Of a stretch of 64,000 bases of DNA, positions 1-14,467 are shown piece after piece. This DNA is from the human T2T-CHM13v2.0 reference genome, Homo sapiens. The notes under the pieces are model-generated. The model had not been told where the DNA came from, made no database searches, and worked only from the letters and a program-made list of their open reading frames with translations. Made by a program: the position numbers and the translations under genes. The first letter of the stretch is position 1. Every line of letters starts with the position of its first letter. The stretch lies in the NCBI RefSeq assembly GCF_009914755.1, contig NC_060939.1. One strand, 5' to 3'.

Positions 1-141
1 GTTCCCAACGCATAGAAATAAATACTTGAGATGATAGATACCCTAAATTCCCTGACTTGATTATTACACATTCTACGCATGTAACAAAATATCACATGTA
101 CCCCATAAATGTCTAAAATATTATGTATCAATTTTAAAAAA
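1..141 (+). mobile_element. L1MA-type LINE-1 3' end fragment
   Basis: Typical old L1 3'UTR (ccctgacttgattattacacattct...catgtaccccataaat) ending in A-rich tail. Confidence 0.75.
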
Positions 142-310
142 TATTAAAGGTTGAGATGACCAATTTAAACTAAAAGGGAAAAGTTCCAGTTCATTTTCCT
201 CTAAAAATATTCCAGCAAATTCCCTGGGAGAAAAAACATAAAGCATGAAAAGCAGTTAACTTTAACTTTTCTCTGAGTGTGCCAGTCAGCACCAATGGCT
301 CTCTTTCTTG

Positions 311-537
311 TTTTAAAACAACAACAACTTTAGGTTCGGGGATCTATGTGCAGGCTTGTTATATAGGTATGCTTTTGTCACAGGAGTTTGTTGTACAGAT
401 TACTTCATCACACAGGTACTAAGCCTAGTACCCAATAGTTATTTTTTCTGATCCTCTCCCTCCTCCCACTGTCCACCCTCGAGTAGGTCCCAGCGTCTGT
501 TGTTCTCCTCTTTGTGTCCTTGAGTTCTTATCATTTA
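311..537 (-). mobile_element. 5'-truncated L1PA-type 3' end with target-site duplication
   Basis: Antisense L1PA 3'UTR (gtactaagcctagtacccaatagtt...cctcccactgtccaccctc); flanking TSD caatgg(c)(t/c)ctctttcttg at 293-310 and 538-555. Confidence 0.8.
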
Positions 538-734
538 CAATGGCCCTCTTTCTTGAGGAAGTAGGAAAGCTCCTCAAATGAACAAAGGCAAATGAATCAG
601 TAAAGCAAACAATAGCAGTATTTTCAAATCATTCAGCCCATCTTACATATGCCATAAGGTTTGACATCTAAACTAGACCTACACAAAATAGCTATGCAAA
701 GATACTCTGCCTGACTTTTCTCTGTATTATTTGG

Positions 735-870
735 CTATTTAACAAATATTTATTCAATGTCTACTGTGTGCCATTAACCACTAAATGCCAGGTAATAATG
801 AAGTCGACAAGACACTTGCCTGCATAGCACAAACTATCTAGTGGAGGAGATAAACATTAAATGCAAATAA
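735..870 (-). mobile_element. L2 3' fragment
   Basis: aacaaatatttatt...ctactgtgtgcca is the antisense L2 tail signature. Confidence 0.55.
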
Positions 871-2559
871 ATATATAATTGTAACATCTTTAAACTTATA
901 GTTTGGCAACAACAGAAGAGTCTTTTTACCATTTTGTTTCTGAACTCCTTAGAATCATAAATCTTCTAAGTCTACATAAAGGCCATAAATTCATATGGAT
1001 TTTATTATACCATATATCTGTAGAGGCATAAGTATCTCATTAAAAATAAATTTAAAACCTAGTTATTGTTTATGGAAGACATTGGACATAATATTAGGAA
1101 TCATTGTTATTTAGTATCTAGTATTGAATGAGTATTTGGACTCAACCGGTTCTCATAGCTAGTTAGGCATATTTATCCTCCTGTTTCCTTCAACAAGTGT
1201 TTCTTTTAAAAGTGATCATCAATGTGTTTTTGCAGTGGTCCTTTCTATAATGGAGTTGGGTGAGGTTTTCTCTGCATTTGGTGTATTATATTTTACTAGG
1301 CTGACAGGTACTACACCTACATCAATAACTTCACACAAAGTAGGGCCTTTTGTAACCATGAGATGCTCACAGAGTACTTCAAATATTATCTTGCATTGGC
1401 CTTAGCCTGGTCTGTTAGTTCAGGCCCTAAAAATAAACACATATTAATCAGCTAATGGCAGCACGCGCAGACCAGCACGCAGGGACCTCAGTCTAACCTC
1501 ATGCAATAGCTTGTCTTATGTCACCCAGGATGAGGCAGTTTGCAGCCAGGAACGCCTCTAAAAGAAAGACCGTCACAAGCTTAACTAAATGTTTAAAATA
1601 ACCTTCTAACTCCTCTTCACATTGACAGATTGCTTTCAACTCAGTGAAATCAAACCGCAGCCCCAGCCCTGGTGGCTCTATGGGGCCATCTTAGAGCCAT
1701 AGAGTTTGTAAAGTAAAACTGCAGGTTGTCAGAGCATCGAAGTGTAGCTCTCTCTTGTCTTGTTTTTAATCAAAAAACAATCAGAAGGGAACTCACTCCT
1801 GGAAGTCCTTATCTCCATAAAATTCAGCTAATGACTCCTGTTAAGTTAAATAAAGTTTCTGTGTAACTCACTAAGGAAACTGTTAGCCGTTCACCTCGTG
1901 CCCGCAGACTTCTCAAAAAATACAAATCGGGGGAACCCTGTGGAGCTGGGCTGTGAATGTTTATATACACATACTTTGTCCCAATGACTCCGGAAAGTTG
2001 AGCCCTCAGTATAGTTTTCAATTTTTTTGAATGACAGTCTTTTTTCTGTATGAAGTGGAAATGAGGTGGGGCTGGGGGGGAGGGTGGATTTGTTTTAATG
2101 TACGCTTTTCTTGAATCTGTTTATCCCCAAATAAGTGAGCTGCAGTAGATACTTTGGTCCAGCACAAAGTAAATATTTAGCTCACAGATTCCATGCAGAA
2201 ACATGACCCAGAGTATTTGGGTTTCAAGAAAGAGGATCACCCTCAGGCGAAGGCCTCCTTTGTACTTGATAGGATTGGGCTTTCTACCAGTGTAGCATCC
2301 CATCGGGCCCACCAAGCACCTTGGTCTGCTATACCGTGCCCTTCCCTCCGGTCCTCATCAGCCCCATTCCCACTCCACCTTTAAGCTGTGTCATGCATGG
2401 CCATGATCTTTCTTTCTCCTGAACTTTCCTGCACCGTCCTGAAAGTCCCCCTGATCTTTCTCTCCACTCGATCTGCATGTGGCTCTTCCTTGAAGTATCT
2501 CCCCCCTCTTACCCACTCAGTGAACTTTGACTTCAAGACTGAACCCAGAGACACCTCCC

Positions 2560-2750
2560 CTCTGCTCAGAGCCTTGCCAGGTAAGAGTTAAGTGCTTCCT
2601 TCTCTGAGCTACCCCAGGGCCTTCTGCATAGCTCTCTTAACAACCTTTCTGTTTCTTTCATACACTCATCTTTTTACCTGCTTGTCTCCCTTACTACTGA
2701 GAGTCCCTGAAAGACAGGAGCTGGGTTCATGTTATCTTTGCCTCACCAAA
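2560..2750 (+). mobile_element. L2 3' fragment
   Basis: tgtctccc..actactgagagtccctgaaagacagg resembles L2 3' consensus. Confidence 0.45.
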
Positions 2751-2849
2751 ACATGGCCTCCTTTTCAGGGAAGCAGAAGGTATTCCTGGCCCTATTCTGC
2801 AGTGAGGGTGAGGGGGAGAGAGCATTACAAGCTGACAAGAGCACTATAC

Positions 2850-3010
2850 TAGAAGTAAGTAGAGCCAGGTCCATGCTGTCAGTCCCTCCCGTGTTATCTT
2901 AAGCAAGTCACTTGACCTCAGAGAGCCTCAATTTCTTCAGCTATCCTATCAGAATAATGCATTTTTGGGGGATTAGATAAATTACTGTACACTTTGTGGA
3001 AGTATTTTAA
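2850..3010 (+). mobile_element. MIR fragment
   Basis: taagcaagtcacttgacctc...gcctcaatttcttc MIR core. Confidence 0.55.
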
Positions 3011-3469
3011 GAACTGTGAAGCATTCCTCTCCTCATCACTTGAAGAATAGAACCAGAGTTCACTAAAGCTTATCCTGCCCTTTGGATCCAGCCCTGCAGT
3101 TTTCTGTACTCAGGCATGATCCTTCAACTGTTTCTTTACAAGGCAAAGTTTTTGTTTCCTTAACTTGGTATTTATTTCCTGCAATTGTCTGATAAAAAGC
3201 GGCTTCATTAATCGCGAGAAAACAAAGAGTTTGGGCAGCTTTAGAAATTGCCGCTGGCCACTGGGCTTCCTAAAACCCCATTGTGTGATCCCCACTCTGC
3301 CTTAAAGGCCAGCATCAGTGTCCCAATGCTTTTCCGTGTTCTTTTTGCAAGTGCCGTGCCCAACAGTAACCATCATCTGTTTCACTAGTTATCAGTTTAC
3401 ATTATCTTCTTCCCAGAGACTTTATTAGTTAAAAATGCTCTTCTATTTTCTGTTGTTGCTTTTTCATTA

Positions 3470-4197
<728 letters not shown>

Positions 4198-4279
4198 GTT
4201 CTTTCTCTTTTTAAAAAGCAAATATTAAAACAAAGATGAACTATTAAACTTGGCAAGATTTCAAAATGCTCCTAGTCTA

Positions 4280-4899
4280 AAATCAGCATATCAAAAAGAT
4301 ATCTGCACCTCTATGCAGCACTATTCACAATAACAAAGATATAGAATCAACCTAAGTGTCCATCAGTGGATGAATGAATGAAGAAAATGTGTATGTATAC
4401 ACAATGGAATACTATTTGGCCATAAAAAAAGAATAAAGCCATGTCATTTGCAACAACATGGATGGAACTGGAGGTTATTATGTTAAGTGAAATAAGCCAG
4501 GCACAGAATAACAAATATCACATGTTTTCGTTCATATATCGGGGCTTCAAAAGTTGATCTCATGGGGGTAAAGAGTAGAGTGACAGCTATCCAAGGCCGG
4601 GAAGAGTGTGAGTTTAAGAGGGTGGGTGGATGAAAAGAGGTTGGTTAATGGATACAAACATACAGTCAGATAGAGGAGTAAGTTCTAATGTTCAATAGCA
4701 GAGTAGGGTGACTGTAGTTAACAAAAGTGTACTGTGTATTTCAAAATAGCTAGAAGAGAAAACCTAAAGTGTTCCTAACACATCAAAATGATAATTATTT
4801 GAGGTAATGGATACCCTAAATTATCTGGATCATTACACATTCTATCACATGTACCCTATAAATACACAAAATTTTATATACCAATAAAAGTAATAAAAA
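4280..4899 (+). mobile_element. L1MA-type 3' fragment
   Basis: caacctaagtgtccatcagtggatgaatg, catggatggaactggagg, ending aataaaagtaataaaaa. Confidence 0.85.
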
Positions 4900-5156
4900 T
4901 GTTTTAAGTTTTTGGTCTAATAGGAAATGTATTCAAGATGGTACAGTGAAACTTCATTGCCCTGAAATTGGTGTATGCAGCCCTTCTTTGTTGTGTAAAC
5001 TAGACTTAAATGTTCAAACAGGCACAGCAGTGTCATGTTATTAACAACAGAAACTTATATTTAAATAACATTTAAGTCACTGACATCACCAGGATTTTCT
5101 GTCTAGTCTCTTTTAAAGTAGAGTTTCTCCTGGTCTCATGAAGCTGATCAGCTCTT

Positions 5157-5340
5157 GTTTTTATTTATTTTTATTATTATTTATTATTTTTATTTATATA
5201 GTCTCACTCTGTTGCCCAGGCTGGAATGCAGTGGGGCAGTCATAGCTCACTGCAACCTCGAACTCCTGGGCCCAAGCAATCTTCCCATCTCAGCCTCCTA
5301 AAATGGTGGGATTACAGGAATGAACCTCTGCACCTGAACT
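5157..5340 (-). mobile_element. Free Alu monomer (FRAM/AluJ-like)
   Basis: Single monomer with AT-rich tail; TSD agctctt(g/a)ttttt at 5150-5162 and 5341-5353. Confidence 0.8.
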
Positions 5341-7169
5341 AGCTCTTATTTTTCAAGGCAGAAATGACCATGTGAAATGGTTCTTCCTGCTCTCTAGCTC
5401 AAAGAAACATCTTATCTAATTATAAATTTAGGAAATTTTCTGACCTAGTTTACTCACGTTTCCTACCCCTCAGTTCTGCGTTACAAATTTTCATCCTGGG
5501 TAAAGTATGACCTTGTATTGCCTTTGGTTAGTACTTTACAGATAACAGTTTTCTTTTTCCTACTGAGTTCATTTCCAGATCTCTGGACAGAGATCTAGTC
5601 TACTCATGGAAAGATCTGTGGTGGGGATTTAGTGGAGAAGAGTTCAGAAAATTTCTTTATTAGATTCTACTGTTGGGTGGGGTTTTTGGCATCAGGCAAC
5701 AATGAACATATACAGATTCAGTTGTTATGAAGTTTATTCTCAAATCCACCTTGAACTTCAGGGCACAAATGCTATTCTATTCACTTTATAGATAGAGAAA
5801 TCTTGGGGCTATGCCAGGAAAATAAATCTGGAGTAGTCAGTCATGGATTAGCTGCAGGGGCATTACATTTACTAGAATGCCTTACTCTCGTTGTGCTTAG
5901 GAGGGAACCAAATAGAAAAAAATTACAAAGCCCAGAACTGCAGAATGATTCACAAAACCTCAAGAATGACAGGTAAGATATTTTCCACCACACAGACCCT
6001 CAGCACAACCAGAATCGAGTGCAGGATGGCCTCCCAGACCTGTCTAGCACTGGCATCCAGTCCCCTACCAGGCATCTGTCTGCTCATGCAGTCAAGCCTC
6101 TTCTGTTCACCTCAGATGTTCATACATCGGGGCTTGAAATCCCCATGAGATGTTGCCCTGTCGGGAACCATCCTCTGGAGCTGGACCAGTGTGCCTTTTT
6201 AACTCCCTAAACAGAGCATCCCTCTTCGTTTGGAAATGTCTGTGGCTCAGAACTTCATCTTGCAGATCCAGCATTAATTAAGCTATGCCTTTAAAATATA
6301 ATCAGGTACCATCTTTACAGACTTAAAATTTCTAACTATAAAGTTGACCTTTGAAGTTCACATATTTGCATTTCCCTTTTGCTGAGCTTAATTTTCTATT
6401 TTGCTATCATGACTCTTTGAAGAAAAGGCAGAGTATAAATACATTAAAAGCCGCACAACCGACATACAGAAACTGTAAGATTCTCATTTTCTTAAAGGAG
6501 CACTATTGAAAATGGTGCAAAGATCATTTTGTAGAGTTTGTATGTTATGGAAAAGTAGAGCTGTGAAGAACACAGATGCCTGCTGAACCTAGGAATGACA
6601 TAGGCATTGTAGAGATGGCAGTTGTGGTTCAATGAGTGCAAATCCATGTGTCATATACAAATACAGTTCACTTTAATAGTTTGCTATCTCTTCACTCATC
6701 TTAAACACCTTAAGGTATTTGGAAAGGGAGGAAGAAATAAAACAGATGAACCTGCTGAGATATGGCCAGGAACAGTAGTACTTCATTTTGATTGATGTTT
6801 TTACAACCTTATCTTCTAGATAAAAGCGACTGTAAACAAAAGCCTACCTAAACTGATTGTATTTAAAGGAAGCAAGAGCCACCTGTGTGCAGCAATTGGC
6901 TCCCAAGTGCAGTCTTTCCTCCTAGCAGCCAATTCTTGCTGCTCACAGCCTTGCAGCCACCACTTTAACCATCAGTAGTGTTACTTACAGGGACTAGTAC
7001 TCTTGGTTTCTACCACTCTTTAAACCACAGCATCATCTCCCCCTTAATATCCTAGACAGAATAGATTCCTACCAGCAATCCCAGCAATCTTGCAATTCGC
7101 TCTTCAGAAGTGTACAACTTGGACATATTTTTAAGGCTCATTTTCTTACCTTTAAAAATGACTTTCCGT

Positions 7170-7471
<302 letters not shown>

Positions 7472-10324
7472 TCATTATATAGTAGAGAGTTATTAGCAAA
7501 AAAAAAAAAAAAAAAAAATTATTTTCCAAATGAGTAGTAACACTGACATCTTCTTCTTCTAGGGCAAGGGACTGTAGAGTGATATTCATTTGTGTATTCA
7601 TATATCCACTCAACAAATATGTATTGGCTGACTCCTATGTGCCACTGAAATACAAGCTGCCCTCATGAAGCTTACATTTTAAAAGAAGTGTTTGTTTGAT
7701 AACTGCAAGGCCAGGTTATCCATAATTTTTGAAGACCCATTTTTAAAATCATTTTTCCTTATCTGATCATTTTTTCTAATGATCTAGACATTTCTAACTT
7801 CTAATTTATTTTTTTCCCCTTTCTGGCATTTGCCTTCATGAATCTGCAAAATTGGGATGTTTTGCTTTTGGGGACTAGGTTGGCTAGCCAAAGAGATTTT
7901 CCTTATCATTAAATATTTCTTGTGACTAAGAGAAAAATTTAACTGCCCATTTAGAGTGAGTTGGGATCTGACATACCAAAGCATTGTGTCACATTTGGTT
8001 AATGATAGATTTATAGGGCAAACATGTATCAGCCCTAATCCTTCAGTTATTTGACTTTGCCGAGGATGAAATTCCAATAATTTTTTATTTTAAGCAGACT
8101 TTTATATATCCAAAACCCATAAATCTCTTTGTTCCTTGAGATAAACATCTGACCGAACTCTGGGTTACCCTGTGATCCTTTGAGAACTATGCCAAGGAAA
8201 AAGAAACTCCATTCCCTCCATTAGCGAATAATTAAGGGCTACTTGAAAAAGACATATTTTGGGTACGCAAGATTTATGTAGTCTTTTCCATTTTATAATG
8301 TGGTTCTAATTTCTAATATTCAGAAAGTTAGTTAGAAATGGAAAGTTCAGAAATCACCTCAAAATTCATCAGAGCAAGTCTGATGGTTGATTAACTGGCA
8401 AACACCAAAATGGACTGCACCACTGTCAGCCAGGCCTTGCCAACTCCATGATCACTATCCATTATGGTTGTCATATCAATTATAAATTCTCTGGCATCAA
8501 ACACTAAATCAGCTGAAATGATGGGTTTGCCTTTGGCGTGTTTCCCTGGGGAAATAACTGAGAAAACATGTAATAATTCACACGACCAATTTTGTTAAAA
8601 CAAACACCCCCAACTTTTGGAAGAAGGCTGGGGTATAAATTCCAGATCGATGGACATGATTTGCACCCAGTGTCCACATGAAGTATTCTCTCGTTTTAGT
8701 ACTTAAGTAAGTGTTTTCAAAGTAAACATAACTTCGGGTACTTTGTTACTTTTAGGGTTTCTATGTCTTTTGCTATGTTTGCTGTCTCTCTCTTCCCATT
8801 TGAGAAGGTGTTCTGTCTTCTCCATGCATCCTGTTTGAAACAGAACCACAGCTATTGTCCTGAAACTCATCCTCCCGTTTCCCAGTGAAATCATCTCAAT
8901 ATACTTCTGACCCCATCATCCCTCTAAGTCTCTCGGGACCCCTAACCTCACCTTTCCCTCCCCTCAAAAATGGATGTATCATGGAGAAAGTTTAAAGGGC
9001 TGATGTGAATAAATACAACATAGTTAAATAGTTGCCTTTTCCAGGAAGACTTCTAGAATCATTGTCATTGCTCTAATTAGTCTGTTACTGTGAACCCTTT
9101 GGCATTTTGTTTATTCAAGTGATATAGTTTACTCTGAAAATGTGAAGAGATATTGATTACTATGTTAAGCAATTTATGGAGAGGAGCTTTTCTTCTGTGA
9201 CTTGTGCTCTATGCAGGATGGATAGACAAGCTTGTATGTAGATTCTTATAGGTAAATGCAGAGGGGCTGACCCAATCCAGGAGTAAACATTTCTTCTAGA
9301 AAACAGAGAGTAAAGACAACAGATTAAAGACAAAATCACTTCTGCCTTTGTTTTCTATTGTAATCTTCTGAGAAAAGATTTACAACAGGCTAGAAAGATT
9401 ATAAATATAGCATCTATCTATATCCAATATAGAACAAAGCAAAGTAGAAATTAACTACTTTTTCAGGTAATTTAACATGGATGTGAAAATATCAAGGTAT
9501 ATAATCACCATGGAGAATTTCAGAGTGTTGTGGTTGTATATTTATATACATTTAAATTTTTGTTCAAAATAACATTTTCTTTGTGGCATAAAGGCCCAAA
9601 GTGAATCAGTATTTATCATATGCTTTTACTTTTTTATTTTCAAAATTATAGAAAGTTGTTTCAAAGAGATAAAGTTGCACTTTTCATAGCCAACATGCAT
9701 AGACTGAGTGAGAATACTCATAACTAGGTTCTCTTTCTTTGGTCATTTCAGTCTGCAAATACAGACCTGGCAAGGTAAGAAAAAGTAGATGAAACAACCA
9801 AGTTATCATATTTTAACTTCATTTCTACAAAAAAAGAATATTTGTATTGTATATTAAATTGACCATAGTGCCAGAACTTTATGATGTTATATTACATGAT
9901 CACTAATCTATTATTATTGTACACGTATTTACACACAGGCATAAGTATACACATACTTTGCATATAAACATGTGCAAGCATATTTCACTTGGACTGAAAG
10001 GTTATTTACAACTCTGTCTGGATATACATACAACAGTGATTAACAAGTGCATAACCAATCTACAACACGTAGATTAAAACTAAATAAACAGTGTAAGAGT
10101 TTATTTTAAAACAATTACAAGATGTTTTATGTTTCTCCTTCATCGTGAACTATGTGTTTGAAAACGCACTCTTCATAAAAACCACATGCAAGTCTTTTTT
10201 TGATGGTGAAACAATCGACTTCCAACAGCCACATGTCTGCACACATCCTCAGAAGATAGCACAGACCCCACACAGCAACTCATAATAAGAGAAAAAGAAA
10301 TATATATATGATTATGATTATACA

Positions 10325-10338
10325 TATGTGTGTGTGTG

Positions 10339-10417
<79 letters not shown>
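10325..10417. repeat. Compound (TG)n/(TA)n microsatellite
   Basis: Directly visible alternating TG and TA tracts, ~90 bp. Confidence 0.97.
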
Positions 10418-10420
<3 letters not shown>

Positions 10421-11568
10421 TCTCTGCTGTTCTTGTTTTAGAGAAGGAGTTTATTTCCCTATGATTGAAATAAAAAATTTGGGCTAGGAATGAAGGTTTC
10501 TGTATGTTTTTATTGTTTGATGAAGACCCTCATGAACAAGAAACTTAAAATTATCAGATCATTCCGTAGTCTACTTGTCATTCTTCAATTGAGAATTGTT
10601 TGTTTCATTGACTAGATGCAGATTTATATTGTAGGACTCTACTGCACTGAGAATCCTTGTTTATGCAATTATGGTAATTCAGCTCATTGGGAAGAAAAGT
10701 ATTAGGTCAATTTCAGCAGTTTCCGTGATTACAGGTAGAGAGACAAATTATGTAATAGTACATAAATCCCACACCTTTCACCGTCTTATTACCAAAAGAG
10801 ATGTAAAAGCATACTAGTTTAAAAAATATATGTAGTGGTTTTCTCATAGAGCTGAAAACATGGGTAAGCCAAGTTAATGGCACAAACATAAGATGCATCT
10901 GTATACTAGAGGTATTTTAGGAGCAAAACTGGGGCCTTTGGGGCATACTGTATCACCCTGTTTAACAAGTTCTGAACCTTCTTTTCTGGGAAAACAAATC
11001 TCTACCTCATACGTTCACTTAGACCCGTTGCTTCCCTCAGTTTTCCTCATAACTTATTCCAGCTGTTTATTTCCATTTATATGAACAAGCTGTGGCAGTG
11101 TTCTGGATTTACTCCTCTTCCCTCATGTTTAGATTCTGCCCCATAACTTCTGAACCCCTTCACAGCGTGAGACATTTCTCTTCTCTGAACTTTATGTAGT
11201 GATTCTGTAATTCTCATTCCCTAGCTTACTTCCACCTGTTTGTCAAAGGTTTAAAATATGCTCCCTCAAAAGTAATTATTTTCATTTCTTTTGCCAGAAT
11301 TATGGGTTGCTTTTCCATCTACTTCCTAAATGTGGTGATACTTAAATTGAAATAAGTAGCCAGATAAACTTTTTAGCGTGAAACTATTGACATCAAACTT
11401 AGAGTTATTCCCTGTGTAGATAGGTGGATCCCAACTCATATACTGGGGTTTTGATCAGTTGCCTTGCTTCTGGACCCCTGCTTGCCTATCACCTATCCAG
11501 GTGTAGTAAATATTTTTCAGAGTCAAATGACTGTTATAGAATGCTATATAAACACAAGGTATAATGAG

Positions 11569-11770
11569 ACAGTAAAGCATAGTAGTTACAAGGGTAAGCC
11601 ATAGAGCCAGGCGGCTTGGGTTCGAAACCTGGCCCTTTTTGGGCCCCAGTTTCTTCATCTGTAAAATGAGGATAGTCATAGTGCCCTCCTCATAGGGTGG
11701 CAGTGAGTACCAAATTAGTCTGTACATGTAAAAGTTCTTGAAACACTGCCTGCTCAGTAAATATTAGTTA
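11569..11770 (+). mobile_element. MIR
   Basis: cagtttcttcatctgtaaaatgaggat core. Confidence 0.8.
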
Positions 11771-13479
11771 CCTCTTTGTTGTTGATTATTGAGATCTTAT
11801 ATTATTTTATATGTACTTAGCATCTTTATAGACATAATGATTGGTCAAGGGCTCCCTGAAATCTGTGGAGATCTAGAAGCTCAGCTGGCTTCAGGAAACC
11901 AACGAGGGGTTATTGGGGTTAATTTAGCAAGATGATATCTAATAGTATGATTCGAAACCTCTAAATTCCTTCATCTGCCTTTCTTTTCAACAGTCTCTGA
12001 AGAGGATGCCTTGAGGAAAAGTATAACAATAGGAAGTTAATAATCTTCTCCATTCTCCATAAGTAAAGATGCCTCATCCTAGTAATTCCTGAATTATAGG
12101 ATAGTGTTAGAGGCGTGGCAAGGAAAGGGGAGTATTTAGTTTTATACTTTAAAAAAAAAGAGTAAGCAAGTTCTTCCTGAATTTGGGGAGCCAAATTTTC
12201 TGTCTGAACCACTGAGTTTCTCAGAGAGTTACAGGAAACCTTGAACAGAAAGATACTTATATCATATTCTGTCCAACATTCGCAATCTGGAATCCTCAGG
12301 GCTTATCTGAGGATAGCTAGATTTTTCTCCAAAACTAAGAATTTACTCACTGAAGTACCATTTTTAAAACATTCTTGGTGATAATCTTTTAAAAATACAT
12401 TAACAGCTTTCACTGCCTTTTTTAAAACTGAACAAAATGTAAGCAGCATTTGTGTTTCCTGCACTGTCCTCAACACCTGTTGAGATCGACAAAGCCTGCT
12501 AGCCCCAACACCAAACAGCCAGGGACTCTCACAGTTGGGGCATTTTTATGTCTCTCTTCACTGCTTGCCAGCAGGAATTCACCTTGACTGACAAAGTGTT
12601 CTCCCTGTAACCAACTCCTTCAAATATGCAGCTTCAGGAACCCAATAACCAAGTTTACCAAAACAATAGAACTGGAGAAAATATGGAGAATTCTTTATTT
12701 TATGTAACCTTAGCATCCTAGATATGCAGCAAGGAGGAGTATTGCTGTATAGTGCAAGTTAGGAGCTAAGAAGCTCAGTTGGTATACCTGGCACTGATCC
12801 TCGGCATCAGAAAGTGACAGAGAACAGTGGGGACTGTGGCAGTCCCGCGAACCTAGGTTATATCTGAAGGGGGCAGCTGTTACTTATCTTCAGTTGCTTG
12901 TTGCCAGATTGATTAGTTTCTCAAAAAAAGCTAAATATGCAGGATTTTGTGTAAACATTCCCAATTTGTATGCATTGGTTCAATTTTTTAAAATTAATGA
13001 AAGCCCAGCCTTGATTTAACAGATCTACTGATGTCACTATTTTGCAAGGCCGCTCACTCCATGTTTTTGAAAGTTTCAGTTATACAAAAAATTTTATTTG
13101 TGTGGAATCAAAATCTAATTCTTGGCTACTTTCAAGCATTGTCCTAAGTCTGCACTTGAGAGCTACAGCACGAATCAAATCCTTCCTCCATAAGAGCACT
13201 CTCAAAATCAGAACATGATGAGTGTGTTAGTGAACCTTGACTGTTCATTTCTAAATCAGACATACTCTTATTCTAACCATTCCTCAAATATCCTAGGATT
13301 CTCCTTTGGTTGACTTTCAAACTGGAGACATTCCCTTAAAATATGACACCAGAACTCTCCAAAATGCCCTAGGTGTGGCTTAACCATTGCAAAGGACATT
13401 GACTCTCTTTTTCTGGTTAAAGTCTAACATTCTATCACCCTGTTTAGTAAACCGATCACTACCTCATAGTGAGTGCATC

Positions 13480-13720
13480 ACAAACTGCCTTGGTTCTAAA
13501 ACTGGTTCCTCCACTTTTTAGCTGTGAGACCTTAGGCAATCTACTTAATTGTTCTATGCCTTGGTTTTTTTACTTGTAGAACAGGGATAATAATTGTACC
13601 AACCTCATGGAGTTGGCATACAAATTAAGTGGTTCGATATATATAAAGTGCTTCTATATATATTAAAGTGCTTAGAACAGTGTTGGGCACATAGTAAGTG
13701 GGGTGAAAGTGTTAATAATG
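13480..13720 (+). mobile_element. MIR
   Basis: tagctgtgagaccttaggcaa...aaagtgcttagaacagtg..ggcacatagtaagtg. Confidence 0.8.
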
Positions 13721-14123
13721 AACATTGTTGTAACTATATTATTTTCACTATAACCTGTAAGTATGCCACTAGTGTGCTCACTCTGGTCATTAATAAAATT
13801 GCCATGCCGAGGCAATGGCTGACCCCTGCCTGCACCCCTGTCTCTAGACTCGCACTGATTCAATAACCAATGCAAAGCTGTCTGATCATCTTAGTGCTAA
13901 CCCTGTATTGCCCATCTTGTCCTTGAGGGTATCTTTCATGTACCAGGCACTGTGTTAGGCATGGAGGTCATGAATACAAATAAAACCTGGTCTTTACCCT
14001 CAACAGGGTCCCAATATAACAGACAAATGGTGAAACAGAGGGATACTCACTAGGAAACAGGTATGCACAGAAGGGCCAGCTTTAGTTCCATCGTCTCTGA
14101 TTGAATTTCTCTAAATACCCTAA

Positions 14124-14467
<344 letters not shown>

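Noticed and set aside
13130-13400. Possible CR1/L3 fragment
   Set aside because: Similarity too faint to support by eye
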